Positions 32,395-42,719 are shown, counted from the first letter of the whole stretch. The stretch is DNA of 63,999 bases, filler included, from an uncultured Methanoregulaceae archaeon (GCA_964530035.1; 5 parts of 5 records of this genome joined end to end with filler, not necessarily neighbours in it); one strand, 5' to 3'. Translations and numbers: made by a program. Notes: generated by a model not told the origin, from the sequence alone.

Positions 32395-33605
32395 ACATCA
32401 TCCTGGAGGCCAGGGACGTCCGGTACCGGTACCCGGGGGGGCCCGAGGTGATCCGCGGGATCAGTTTCCATATCCGGAAAGGAGAGAAGATCGCACTTGT
32501 CGGGCCGAACGGCGCCGGCAAGTCCACGCTCCTCCAGATGTTCAACGGCATGGTCCGCCCGGATTCCGGGACGATGCTGTTCGACAACAAACCGATCCAG
32601 TACGACAGGGCGTCGCTCCGGACCGTCCGCCAGCGGGTCGGGTACGTGCTCCAGAACGCCGACCGCCAGATCATCGCCCCCACGGTGTGGCAGGACGTCG
32701 CGTTCGGCCCGGCGAACCTCGGGTACGACGGGGAGACGGTCAGGAAGAAGGTCGCGGACGCCCTCCGGCACGTGGGCCTCACCGGCTTCGACCGCCGCCC
32801 GCCGCACCAGCTCTCGGGCGGTGAGAAGAAACGCGTCGCGATAGCCGGGGTCCTTGCCATGGACCCGGACGTCCTGGTCTTCGACGAGCCCACGAGTGAC
32901 CTCGACCCGGCCGGTTCCGAGGACATCATGGAGCTCCTGGACGAGCTGAACCACGAGGGAAAAACCGTCGTGATATCCACCCACGACGTGGAACTCGCCT
33001 ATCCCTGGGCCGACCGGGCGATCCTGCTCCTCGACGGGGGCATCCTCAAGGAGGACCGGCCCGGCGTGACCTTCGGGAACCCCGGCCTCGTCCGGAAGGC
33101 GCACCTCTCAGTCCCGGCCTTCCTCGACCTGTCCCTTGAACTCAGCCGCCGGGGATACCCGCAGCCTGACCGGAAACCCCAGAGCGTCCTCGACATGGTC
33201 GAGATCATCGAGAACCTGCTCCACGGCACGGGCTGGAACCACACGCCGGGCACGATAACAGTCTGCAACGTGGACGAGGACGACCGTTCCCTCTCCACGT
33301 ACATCGCATCCCGCGGACACCCCGCCATCGGGACGATGGGCACCCGGGCAAAACAGCGGGCACAAAAGGAAGGGCTTGCCGTTGATTTTACCTACGGCGT
33401 GATAGACAAGTGCATCCTGCGGGCCCTGCGGGGGCTGGACTCCCTGGTCCTGACGACCGGGAGCATGGCGGGCCGGGTGGCGGACCGCGTGGATGCCTAC
33501 AACAAAGAGAGCGGGAACGCCATCAGGGTGACCCGGCTGGCACCTTCCGGGCATGACTCCCCGGATGAGAATGCTCAAAGGAAAGAGGGGGCGCACGACC
33601 CCTGA
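32391..33605 (+). CDS. cbiO: ECF ATPase CbiO with C-terminal extension
   Basis: GPNGAGKST, LSGGEKKRVAIAG, FDEPT; extra C-terminal domain of roughly 120 aa. Confidence 0.92.
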   Translation: MNIILEARDVRYRYPGGPEVIRGISFHIRKGEKIALVGPNGAGKSTLLQMFNGMVRPDSGTMLFDNKPIQYDRASLRTVRQRVGYVLQNADRQIIAPTVWQDVAFGPANLGYDGETVRKKVADALRHVGLTGFDRRPPHQLSGGEKKRVAIAGVLAMDPDVLVFDEPTSDLDPAGSEDIMELLDELNHEGKTVVISTHDVELAYPWADRAILLLDGGILKEDRPGVTFGNPGLVRKAHLSVPAFLDLSLELSRRGYPQPDRKPQSVLDMVEIIENLLHGTGWNHTPGTITVCNVDEDDRSLSTYIASRGHPAIGTMGTRAKQRAQKEGLAVDFTYGVIDKCILRALRGLDSLVLTTGSMAGRVADRVDAYNKESGNAIRVTRLAPSGHDSPDENAQRKEGAHDP

Positions 33606-33767
33606 AACGTAACCCGAAACCAGGGACCACACCCGGGGACATGGTTTCCACGGTCCCGTGGCCGTCCCAGGCCCGGGAATGATACCTCCAGGATTTTCAG
33701 GAGCGCCTTTTTCAGGTTATGACCAGATCGGGAAGGCGGAACGATACGCCGCGGGTATGAAAAAGAG

Positions 33768-34112
33768 TTACCCCTGCTGGTCTGACTTCCGTGCCATGAT
33801 CAGCAGCTTGACCGCCCCGATTGCCACGAGGACGGCGAGGATGGTCCCGACGATCATCGCGAGCAGGTCACCGCCTTTTCCATAGCCGGTGAGCGAGTAA
33901 TCGGGCATGGGCGCGTTGTACGACAGCGCTGCCTCGGGTTCCTGGATCTCTGCGTCCTCGGGGGTGTCCCCGGTCAGGGTCTTCTGGCCCTGGACCGTCA
34001 GGGCGGTGCTCTCCAGCCCGTCCGGGTTTGAAGAGGCGAGGAATACGGCAAGTCCGCCGACGACCAGGGCGATGATGATCCCGGAGATGATGAACGTCCT
34101 GTTGTCCATCAT
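33768..34112 (-). CDS. PDGLE-domain protein (NikN-like)
   Basis: ASSNPDGLE and APMPDY motifs; two TM helices. Confidence 0.88.
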   Translation of the reverse strand: MMDNRTFIISGIIIALVVGGLAVFLASSNPDGLESTALTVQGQKTLTGDTPEDAEIQEPEAALSYNAPMPDYSLTGYGKGGDLLAMIVGTILAVLVAIGAVKLLIMARKSDQQG

Positions 34113-34750
34113 GCAGCCACACCTCTCATCACCGTCGACTGGAGGTCAGGTTTTGCTGAAATAATAAGCTTGATCGCCACGACGGTAATCACACCCTCGA
34201 TAATCCCTATGGCCGCATGGTACAGCCCCATAGCCGCGAGGCCCGGGACGAGGGGGAAGGTCCCGGCGAGGAACATCTCCACGGCACAGGCGAGGGCGGG
34301 GATAAGACATGCCAGCCATGCCGCGATGAAGGCGGAGACCGGCATGCTTTTCGTGGCTTTCATGAGTCCCTGGAAGGAATAGAAGCCGACAAACCCGCCA
34401 ATCACACCCATGTTGAGGATGTTTGCGCCCATGGTCGTGATCCCTCCGTCACCGAAGAGGACTCCCTGGACGATGAGGACCAGGGTGAGGATGAAGACCG
34501 CCCCGAACGGGGACCCGAGGAGGATTGCGGCAAGGGCCCCCCCGACGAGGTGCCCGCTCGTCCCCATGCCCACAGGCAGGTTGAAAGCCTGTATGGCAAA
34601 TATTCCGGCTGCAAGGACCGCAATGAGGGGTATTTTTTCCTCGGTCATCTCCTTCCTCGCCCAGCGGATGGAGAGGAAAATAAAAATCAACGCTATAATC
34701 CAGTATACCGCCGCCTGGGGCAGGGGGATAAACGCATCAGGGATATGCAT
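34109..34750 (-). CDS. CbiM/NikM-family S component, MHIPD type (nickel-type)
   Basis: MHIPDAF; GTSGHLVGG; GDGGITTMGANILNM. Confidence 0.9.
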   Translation of the reverse strand: MHIPDAFIPLPQAAVYWIIALIFIFLSIRWARKEMTEEKIPLIAVLAAGIFAIQAFNLPVGMGTSGHLVGGALAAILLGSPFGAVFILTLVLIVQGVLFGDGGITTMGANILNMGVIGGFVGFYSFQGLMKATKSMPVSAFIAAWLACLIPALACAVEMFLAGTFPLVPGLAAMGLYHAAIGIIEGVITVVAIKLIISAKPDLQSTVMRGVAA

Positions 34751-35106
34751 GGTTTAACATCTCACGTGATGTACTACAATTCCTCTTTTTTGTAAGATTT
34801 ATTCACGGAAAAATATTGTTATTCTGATTTGCAGGACCCCTTTTCAGGATACCGTATGAAATTCCGACCGGGGGAGCGGTGGCCCAGGGGAGCGGTCCCC
34901 GGACGATCACGCAGGAAAAACAAAATACAGCCAGTAAAATTGTCGGCAGACAGGTCTGTCGGTTGTAGCGATATTGCCGGCCATGCGGGTGACCACGGAG
35001 CTATGACCGAAATTATCATATTTTTTTACCTTTCACCAGATATGGCACATTAAAATTTATTTAATAAAATTTAATAACACTTGATCTTAATACCCAATGG
35101 ATTCGT

Positions 35107-36286
35107 ATGAAAAAATCAATTGCAGGTATCCTGATTGCTGTAGCCCTGATCGGTGCATGTGTTGCCCTGGCCGGATGTACCGGGACGACCGCCCCCTCAG
35201 CCGGCAACAGCAAGGTGACTCCTGGGGTGAAGGAAACCACGGGCACGACGACCATTACCGACGGGTATGGAAGAACGGTCGTCATCCCGGCGAAGACAGA
35301 GACGATTGTCTGCTCGGGTTCCGGCTGCCTACGGTACGTTTCATACCTGGGAGCACAGGGAAAGGTTGTCGGCGTCGACAGCATCGAGAAGACACCACAA
35401 CCGGTCGAGGGCCGGGCATAAGCGATTGCAAACCCGCAGTTTTCAGCACTGCCACTCATCGGGGAGTACCGGGGCAAGGACGACCCCGAGAAGATCATCG
35501 GGATTAATCCGCAGGTGATCTTCAAGACCGCAACACTCTCCGAACAGGCCGCATCTGCGGTGGCCGCCGCAGACCTCCTCCAGAACAGGACCGGTATCCC
35601 GGTCGTGGAGATGCCCTACGGCGAGCTGGCGACCGAGAAAGGTACCGCAGACGCGTTCGGCACCCTGCGGCTCATGGGGAGCCTTACCGGGACCAGTGCC
35701 CGTGCGGACGAGATCATCTCGTACATCAATGCGACAAAAGCCGACCTGAAGAAGCGGACGGCGGACATCCCTGCATCCGACGTGAAGAGCGCCTACGTCG
35801 GCGGAGTCTCGTATGCAGGCCCGCACGGGATCGTGTCCACCGAACCGGCGTACCCGCCGTTTGCGCTGGTGAACGTCAAAAACATCGCCGGCAGCGCCGG
35901 CACCCAGNNNNNNNNNNGCCGATGTCTCAAAAGAACTGATCGTCGGCGCCGACCCCGAGTTCATCTTCATTGATGCCGGGACCCTGCAGCTCCCGGACGG
36001 CGGGGCCATCACCGAACTGAAGACCAACGATGCCTTTTCCGACCTCAAGGCGGTAAAGAACGGAAACGTGTACGGCGTCCTGCCCTACAACTTCTACTCG
36101 ACAAACTACGAGTCGGTCCTTGCAGACGCATACTTTATCGGCAAGACGGTGTATCCCGACCGTTTCGCGGATATCGACCCGTCGGTGAAGGCCGATGAGA
36201 TCTATGCAAAATTTGTCGGCAAGCCGGTCTTTAACGAGTTGAACAGGAATTACAACAACACCGGGTTCCGGAAGATCGAGGTCTGA
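35107..36286 (+). pseudogene. Iron/cobalamin-type ABC substrate-binding lipoprotein with in-frame TAA at 35419-35421 and a 10-N gap
   Basis: Lipobox LAGC; TITDGYGRTVVIP; frame continues past GRA*AIANP; C-terminal part AVKNGNVY...GKTVYPDRF after gap 35908-35917. Confidence 0.75.
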
Positions 36287-36300
36287 CAAGGACACATTCC

Positions 36301-37371
36301 ATGCATACCGAGTGCGGGACGGTCCCGGCCGATTACCTGGACTATACCAGGAAAAAAGTAATCTGGATAGCCGGGTCCCTCGTCCTGGTCTTTGTCCTGT
36401 TCATCCTTGCCATTTCAGTCGGTGCCATCGCCATCCCTCCCGTGGACGTCCTCCAGACGCTCTTCGGTGCAGGGACGTCCTCGAAATGGGACCGGATCAT
36501 CTGGAACATCAGGCTCCCCCAGGCCCTTGCGGCCATCGTCGCCGGCACCGGCCTTGCCATAGCCGGGGTCGCCATGCAGTCCATCCTCCGCAACCCGCTG
36601 GCATCCCCGTTCACGCTCGGGATCTCCAGTGCCGGGGCATTCGGGGCCGCGGTCTCGATCATCGTGCTGGGAGCCGGGAAAATCCAGTCATCCGTGGCAA
36701 ACCCGGTGACGATAACGAACCCGTACCTCACCACGATCGTCGCGTTTGCCTTCTGTATGCTGGCAACGGGGGTCATCCTCCTCTTTTCCCACATAAAAGG
36801 GGCGTCACCGGAAGTGATGGTGCTGACCGGTGTTGCCTTATCCTCGCTCTTCGCTGCGGGTGTCATGTTCCTCCAGTACTTCTCGAGTGACACCCAGCTG
36901 GCTGCCGTGGTCTTCTGGACCTTCGGAGACGTCGGGCGGGCGACCTGGGAGACGCTGCCGCTGATGGCGGTTGTGGTCGCAGCCGCGACGCTGTACTTCA
37001 TCTACAACCGCTGGAACTACAACGCGATCGATGCCGGCGATGAGACCGCACAGGGCCTCGGCGTGGATGTCCAGAGGACCCGCATCGTCGGGATGACCGT
37101 TGCCACGCTGGTGGCCGCGGTAATCGTTGCCCTTCTCGGGGTAATCGGGTTCGTGGGCCTGGTCTGCCCGCACATGATGCGGAGGGTTGTCGGGGATGAC
37201 CAGCGCTACCTCATCCCCGCTTCCGCCGTCGCCGGTGCTGTCCTGCTGCTGGCATCTGACACGGTCGCCCGCGTGATTGTCGCGCCCTACATCCTCCCGG
37301 TCGCCGTCCTGACGGCATTCCTGGGAGCGCCCATATTCATCTACCTCCTGTTCAGGGGGTATTCACGATGA
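36301..37371 (+). CDS. FecCD/BtuC-family ABC permease
   Basis: NIRLPQ, LRNPLASPFTLGIS, GVIGFVGLVCPH, GAPIF. Confidence 0.93.
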   Translation: MHTECGTVPADYLDYTRKKVIWIAGSLVLVFVLFILAISVGAIAIPPVDVLQTLFGAGTSSKWDRIIWNIRLPQALAAIVAGTGLAIAGVAMQSILRNPLASPFTLGISSAGAFGAAVSIIVLGAGKIQSSVANPVTITNPYLTTIVAFAFCMLATGVILLFSHIKGASPEVMVLTGVALSSLFAAGVMFLQYFSSDTQLAAVVFWTFGDVGRATWETLPLMAVVVAAATLYFIYNRWNYNAIDAGDETAQGLGVDVQRTRIVGMTVATLVAAVIVALLGVIGFVGLVCPHMMRRVVGDDQRYLIPASAVAGAVLLLASDTVARVIVAPYILPVAVLTAFLGAPIFIYLLFRGYSR

Positions 37372-38141
37372 CGAAAAAGCTAACCGTAAATGAACTGAAA
37401 TTCATGTACCGCAACAAGGACGTCCTCGACCGGATCGGGTTCTCAATCCGGCAGGGGCAGGTCGTCGCCGTTCTCGGCCCGAACGGGGTCGGGAAGACGA
37501 CGCTCCTCAAGTGCCTGAACCGTATCTTAAAACCACGGGGCGGGACGATCCTGCTTGACGAGGAAAACCTCCTCGACCTCGGGACGATGGAGATTGCCCG
37601 GAAGGTCAGCTATGTCCCGCAGCGGGTTGAAACCGGACGGCTGACCGCGTTCGACGCCGTACTGCTCGGCCGGAGGCCTCACATCGGGTGGGACGTAACG
37701 CACCGTGACCTCTCGATCGTCGACGCGATCTTCAGGAAACTGGGGATGGAGGAGTTCCGGCTCCATTACATCGACGAGATGAGCGGCGGCGAGCTCCAGA
37801 AGGTGGCCATCGCCCGGGCGCTCGTCCAGGAACCGCAGATCCTCCTCCTCGATGAACCCACCAGCAACCTCGACCTGAAGAACCAGGTCGAGATCCTCAC
37901 CATCATCCGCGAGATCGTCCGGGAACACAACATAGCGGCGATCATGACCCTCCATGACCTGAACCAGGCGCTTCGGTTCGCGGATACCTTCATCTTCATC
38001 AAGGACGGCCGGGTCCATGTCCAGGGCAGCCACGATGTTGTGACGTCCCCGGTTATCGAGGAAGTGTACGGCCTCCCGGTCATGATCGGCGAACTCTGCG
38101 GCGTCAGGTGCGTCATCCCCACCGCCTGCCGGACGAGTTAG
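37368..38141 (+). CDS. ABC ATP-binding protein (FepC/BtuD-like)
   Basis: GPNGVGKTT, MSGGELQK, LLDEPTSNLD, LHDLN. Confidence 0.93.
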   Translation: MTKKLTVNELKFMYRNKDVLDRIGFSIRQGQVVAVLGPNGVGKTTLLKCLNRILKPRGGTILLDEENLLDLGTMEIARKVSYVPQRVETGRLTAFDAVLLGRRPHIGWDVTHRDLSIVDAIFRKLGMEEFRLHYIDEMSGGELQKVAIARALVQEPQILLLDEPTSNLDLKNQVEILTIIREIVREHNIAAIMTLHDLNQALRFADTFIFIKDGRVHVQGSHDVVTSPVIEEVYGLPVMIGELCGVRCVIPTACRTS

Positions 38142-38151
38142 GAGCATTCCC

Positions 38152-38814
38152 ATGAAAGACCATAACCACGAACATTCCCACGAACACGGGCACCACCATG
38201 GTGCCACCCATGCGATGACCTTTGAAGACTGCGTCCGTTTTCACGGGCACTCCTGCCCGGGCCTTGTCATGGGCTTCCATGCGGCAAACGCTGCCATGAA
38301 GGCCCTTGGCGTTACACGTCCTGAGGACGAGGACCTCGTGGCCATCTGCGAGACCGATGCCTGCGGCATTGACGCCATCCAGGTGATCGCCGGGACAACA
38401 GCCGGCAAGGGCAACCTCATCATCCACGATTATGGCAAGCACGCATTCACGTTTTTCAACCGGAAGAACGGGAAGGCGGTCAGGATCACCATGAGGCGTG
38501 AGGAGTCGGCAGAGTCCCGGGACATGGCAGACCTGAGAAAGAAGGTCTTCGGGGGGACTGCAACCGGACAGGAGACGGAACAGTTCCATACCCTGATGCA
38601 GAAGGCCACGGCGGACCTCCTTAGCACTCCTCCCGAAAAGGTGCTGACGGTCAATGAGATCAGTATGGAAGCCCCGAAAAAGGCACGGATCTTTACTACG
38701 GTCACCTGTGAATGCTGTGGGGAACCGGTCGCCGATGCAAAGACGAGGGGCCTCAACGGGAAGTGTGTCTGCATACCGTGTGCCGAGGGGACGCACCCGG
38801 CAAAAAAGGGATGA
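38152..38814 (+). CDS. FmdE-family protein with His-rich N-terminus and C-terminal Zn finger
   Basis: FHGHSCPG, ETDACGIDAIQ, CECCGE...CIPC; MKDHNHEHSHEHGHHHG. Confidence 0.9.
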   Translation: MKDHNHEHSHEHGHHHGATHAMTFEDCVRFHGHSCPGLVMGFHAANAAMKALGVTRPEDEDLVAICETDACGIDAIQVIAGTTAGKGNLIIHDYGKHAFTFFNRKNGKAVRITMRREESAESRDMADLRKKVFGGTATGQETEQFHTLMQKATADLLSTPPEKVLTVNEISMEAPKKARIFTTVTCECCGEPVADAKTRGLNGKCVCIPCAEGTHPAKKG

Positions 38815-38826
38815 AAGGCAGGTTCA

Positions 38827-39234
38827 ATGGACCTGACAATCAAACCAATCGGCTATGTCCGTTCACCGTACAGGGCGAGGGGCGATGCACCACGCCAGGG
38901 CAGGTTGTCGGACACGGTCTCGGAGATCGTCATCCATGAAGAGTTCCGCGAAGGACTCATGGATGTCGGGAAAAAGACCCACCTCTTCGTCCTTTCATGG
39001 TTTGACCGGGCTGACCGGACCGTGCTGCGGGCGACTCCTCCCCACGAAGGAGTTGAACACGGCGTGTTTGCAACACGGTCCCCTGACCGCCCGAACCCCA
39101 TAGCCCTCTCGCTGGTCGACCTTATCAGCTGCGACGGACAGGTCCTGACGGTACGGGGGCTGGATGCCCTGGACGGGACGCCGGTGCTGGACATCAAGCC
39201 CTATGCTCCTGACATCGACTGTGTAAGCAGGTGA
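38827..39234 (+). CDS. tsaA: TsaA/TrmO (YaeB/AF0241-like) SAM-binding methyltransferase family
   Basis: PIGYVRSPY, GVFATRSPDRPNPIALS, GLDALDGTPVLDIKPY. Confidence 0.88.
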   Translation: MDLTIKPIGYVRSPYRARGDAPRQGRLSDTVSEIVIHEEFREGLMDVGKKTHLFVLSWFDRADRTVLRATPPHEGVEHGVFATRSPDRPNPIALSLVDLISCDGQVLTVRGLDALDGTPVLDIKPYAPDIDCVSR

Positions 39235-39461
39235 TGGAAGAACGTGCGTTCTATCATCCTGCTCCGTTCCTTTCCTCCTTTTATAAACATGTGAAAACCT
39301 GCATCGAGTAACGAACAGCTGTAAAAAGGCCATTATGATTCTCCAGAGCATATTTACCTAGTTACAACGGATCAAGAAAATATGCACCCTATTCATCGGA
39401 CCGATATATATCATGTAAAGTTGACAAAAATTGTCATGGAATTATCTTGAGATGATCAAAC

Positions 39462-41432
39462 ATGCCCCTTTTTGGCCCTCCAAATTTCGATAAATTGAAA
39501 AAAAAGGGTAAGACGAAAGAATTGATCTATTACCTCGGGAGCTATCATAATCCCGAAATCCAGAGATCTGCAACTCTCGCATTGGGTCAAATGGGACCCA
39601 TTGCTATTGAGCCACTCATGGTTGCGCTTGAAGGCAATGACATGGATACTCGTTCTAATGCTGCGGATGCGCTTGGCATGATCGGCGACACACGGATCAT
39701 TGCTCCCCTGCTTGCATCATTTGATGACGGTAAAGGTGCCTCATCAAAGTATCCCTCATCCCAATGGGATTACCAGCGAAATGACAGCCCAAAAAAGAGA
39801 GCCATAGTCAATCTTGGCCCTGCAGCAATAGAACCCCTTGTCACTGCTTTAAAGGAAGGAAATAACAGCATCCGTTTCCATGCTGCCGAAATATTGGGCC
39901 GGATAGGTAATCCCCGTGCCATCCCTGCACTTGCCGCCATATTAAACGACCAGGATTGTGAGATACGGGAGATGGCCACGATTGCCCTCGGACAGATTGG
40001 GGGATCTGATGTAGTTGAACCTCTCATCACGGCTCTTCAGGATCCGGGAGATCCCGTTAAGATTACTGCTGCAAAGAAACAGGGATATCGAGGAAAACGT
40101 ATAATTTATGGCTTTCATGTCCGAAAAGCAGCCGCGGAAGCACTTGGCCGGATTGGGGACAGACGGGCAATTGAGCCACTTTCACATGCTTTGGCAGTCG
40201 ACGACGGCGAAGTTCTCAGAACCGTTGCATCATCCCTTGATTCATTTGGCTGGAATCCTGAAGGGCATACAAACGCTGCCTGGTACTGGGTTGCGAAGAA
40301 TAATTGGGAAAAGTGTCTTGAAATAGGCAATCCCGCCAAGGAAGCATTGATCCTCGTACTCAGAGAGGATGGATGGAAAGGTGTGGCACCATACAAGGGT
40401 AAAAATCATTCGCATTTATTTGCCGCAATTGATATGATCGGGAAAATCGGTGATGAAGCAGCGGTGGAACTGCTTATTTTTCGTTTGAATAATGAAGGTC
40501 AAGAAAAGAGTATCCGATGTGCTGCTGCAGAGGCCCTGGGCCATATCGGAGGGTCCCGTGCAATTGAAGCCCTTTATAACACATTAGGTGTTTATGGCAT
40601 GCACGACGCGGCAAAGAGCGCCCTTGACAGTTTAGAAAGGATACCTCTTGATGATGCATTAGGAAACCTGCAAAGTAAAAATCCTGATCTTCAGCTACAA
40701 GCAATCGCAGTGATTGCCGTAAGCCGGGATCCTCGGGGAGTGGAGCCGGTGATTGCCCTGATTGACGAAAAGCCATCAGTTGAAATCCTGAGGGCCGCGA
40801 TCAAAGCGTTAGGGAGAATCGGGGATTCAAGAGCTGTTGAACCCTGTATTTCCTTACTCCAGGATAGTGAACACGATATCTGCCGAATAGACGCAATTGA
40901 GGTGCTGCAAACCATAAAGGATGACAGGTGTATTTTACCACTCATTGATGTGATCTTAAAGGATAAGGATGCTTATATCAGAAAGCGTGCAGTCATAGCT
41001 CTTGGAATAATCGGAAATGATATTGCACTCGGGCCTGTTGCTCATATTTTACTAACTGACCCGGATTATTCTGTTCGACAGGAAGCTGCGAAAACCCTTG
41101 GTCAATTCGGGAACACTTCTGCAATTACACCTTTGTCCCATGCCTTGAATGATAAAGATTATCATGTAAAAAACGCTGCCGTTGAGGCATTAGGGAAAAT
41201 AGGAGATATTCAGGCGTTAGAACTCCTTATCAAAGCCTTAAAAGATCCATATCCTGATACTCGTAAAGCGGCGGCTCAAACGCTTGTAAAAATCAACGAT
41301 CTGCGTACAAAAGATTTACTCGTAAAAGAATTTAATGAGGAAAATTCCTATATGCGCCAACAGGCTCTCGAAGCCTTTAAAGATATCAATAACAAAAATG
41401 CTTCAGAGCCCTTAATGCAGATTTTACGATAG
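39462..41432 (+). CDS. HEAT/PBS-lyase repeat protein
   Basis: MPLFGPPN start; many R..AA.ALG.IGD.RA.EPL repeats; visibly AT-richer than flanks. Confidence 0.9.
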   Translation: MPLFGPPNFDKLKKKGKTKELIYYLGSYHNPEIQRSATLALGQMGPIAIEPLMVALEGNDMDTRSNAADALGMIGDTRIIAPLLASFDDGKGASSKYPSSQWDYQRNDSPKKRAIVNLGPAAIEPLVTALKEGNNSIRFHAAEILGRIGNPRAIPALAAILNDQDCEIREMATIALGQIGGSDVVEPLITALQDPGDPVKITAAKKQGYRGKRIIYGFHVRKAAAEALGRIGDRRAIEPLSHALAVDDGEVLRTVASSLDSFGWNPEGHTNAAWYWVAKNNWEKCLEIGNPAKEALILVLREDGWKGVAPYKGKNHSHLFAAIDMIGKIGDEAAVELLIFRLNNEGQEKSIRCAAAEALGHIGGSRAIEALYNTLGVYGMHDAAKSALDSLERIPLDDALGNLQSKNPDLQLQAIAVIAVSRDPRGVEPVIALIDEKPSVEILRAAIKALGRIGDSRAVEPCISLLQDSEHDICRIDAIEVLQTIKDDRCILPLIDVILKDKDAYIRKRAVIALGIIGNDIALGPVAHILLTDPDYSVRQEAAKTLGQFGNTSAITPLSHALNDKDYHVKNAAVEALGKIGDIQALELLIKALKDPYPDTRKAAAQTLVKINDLRTKDLLVKEFNEENSYMRQQALEAFKDINNKNASEPLMQILR

Positions 41433-41831
41433 AACAGGAAGGAAATATGGGATACCTCCCTTATAAGCCTTTTTTGGTTTCAACAAACCATGAGATAATT
41501 AACAAACCTGGCATTTCCGGTTATTAACATGATTCGGCCCCTTTTAAAGGTTACAAGCAGAATCAAGGTAAGAGAATCAGTACCTCAGATCGTGCAATAC
41601 ATCAGATGAGACGCTTCTTCGGAAAAATTATTTTCTCAAGGAACTGTTATCGGTTTTTGAAAAATTAATAGTTTCAAAGACTCCTTGGGAAAAAATGGTT
41701 GACACCTCCGGATCCGGTTAAGTGGGCTTCCGGACCCGTTGGTGAAAGTCCCCCGGTCTGACCGGCCCTGGAAGTGGCATCAGGCGTATAGGCCGGAAGG
41801 TGGCGGTCACCTCTCAATATGCGTCATCATT

Positions 41832-42719
41832 TCAGGTATCCGTGGCTCGAACGTCCGTCCCGGATTTCGGTGCACTGCGCCTGCCGATTTCTCCGGAAAT
41901 GAGCAGCAGGAGAATGAACCCGATCACTGCCACGTCCATGACCTCCAGCAGGACCTCGGGACTGGCTGTAAAATTGCTGCTGGCAACGGCGAACGCCGCG
42001 GCTAAATTCCGCTGCCCTGTCCCGAGAGCGAGGACCGATTTGATCTTCGGGTCTGTCCCGCCCAGCAGGTAACCGATGACAACGGCTCCGGTAATCAGGA
42101 CGACGGCCGCCAGGACTCCGCCTGTCCCAATAATTCCAAAGGAAACATCGAAATATCCGATAAAATACCCGATGAACATTGCCGCCAGGGAAAGGTTGGC
42201 TGCCATGGTCATGGTAGGGATGAGGCCTTTTGCAGCCTCCTCATACCTGGCCCGGATGAACAGGGCGATACCGAGCGGGATTAACATCAGGAAGACCAGG
42301 CTCCTGGCGATCTCCCAGGGATTGACCTGCACTCCGGTCAGTACAAGCGGGAGGACGAAGGGCAGATAGACGATGGTAACCACCATCAGGAGCACCATCA
42401 GGCCGGCGGTGAACGCCATGTCACCCCTGGCCAGCTGGACCAACTTGGGCAGGAACGGTGCCCCGGCAGCAAAACCCACGAGGACCAGGCCGATCTTCAG
42501 TCCCTCTGATAACGGGACGGCCCACACGACCAGCAATGCCAGGACCGGCACGAGGATGAAGTTGGCCACGAGCGACATGATGACCAGCCGCCTGTCCCTG
42601 AGCGGGGTCATAATCTGGGGGATCGTCAGGCTGAAACCCATGCCGAGCATGCTGGTGATGATAAATATCAGCACGCCCAGGGAGCCAATGGCAATAAAGA
42701 ACGGGTCGAACTGGGTCAT
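41832..42719 (-). CDS. Bile acid:sodium symporter family transporter
   Basis: SMLGMG, ANFILVP, AGAPFLPKL, LGTGQRN. Confidence 0.85.
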   Translation of the reverse strand: MTQFDPFFIAIGSLGVLIFIITSMLGMGFSLTIPQIMTPLRDRRLVIMSLVANFILVPVLALLVVWAVPLSEGLKIGLVLVGFAAGAPFLPKLVQLARGDMAFTAGLMVLLMVVTIVYLPFVLPLVLTGVQVNPWEIARSLVFLMLIPLGIALFIRARYEEAAKGLIPTMTMAANLSLAAMFIGYFIGYFDVSFGIIGTGGVLAAVVLITGAVVIGYLLGGTDPKIKSVLALGTGQRNLAAAFAVASSNFTASPEVLLEVMDVAVIGFILLLLISGEIGRRSAPKSGTDVRATDT

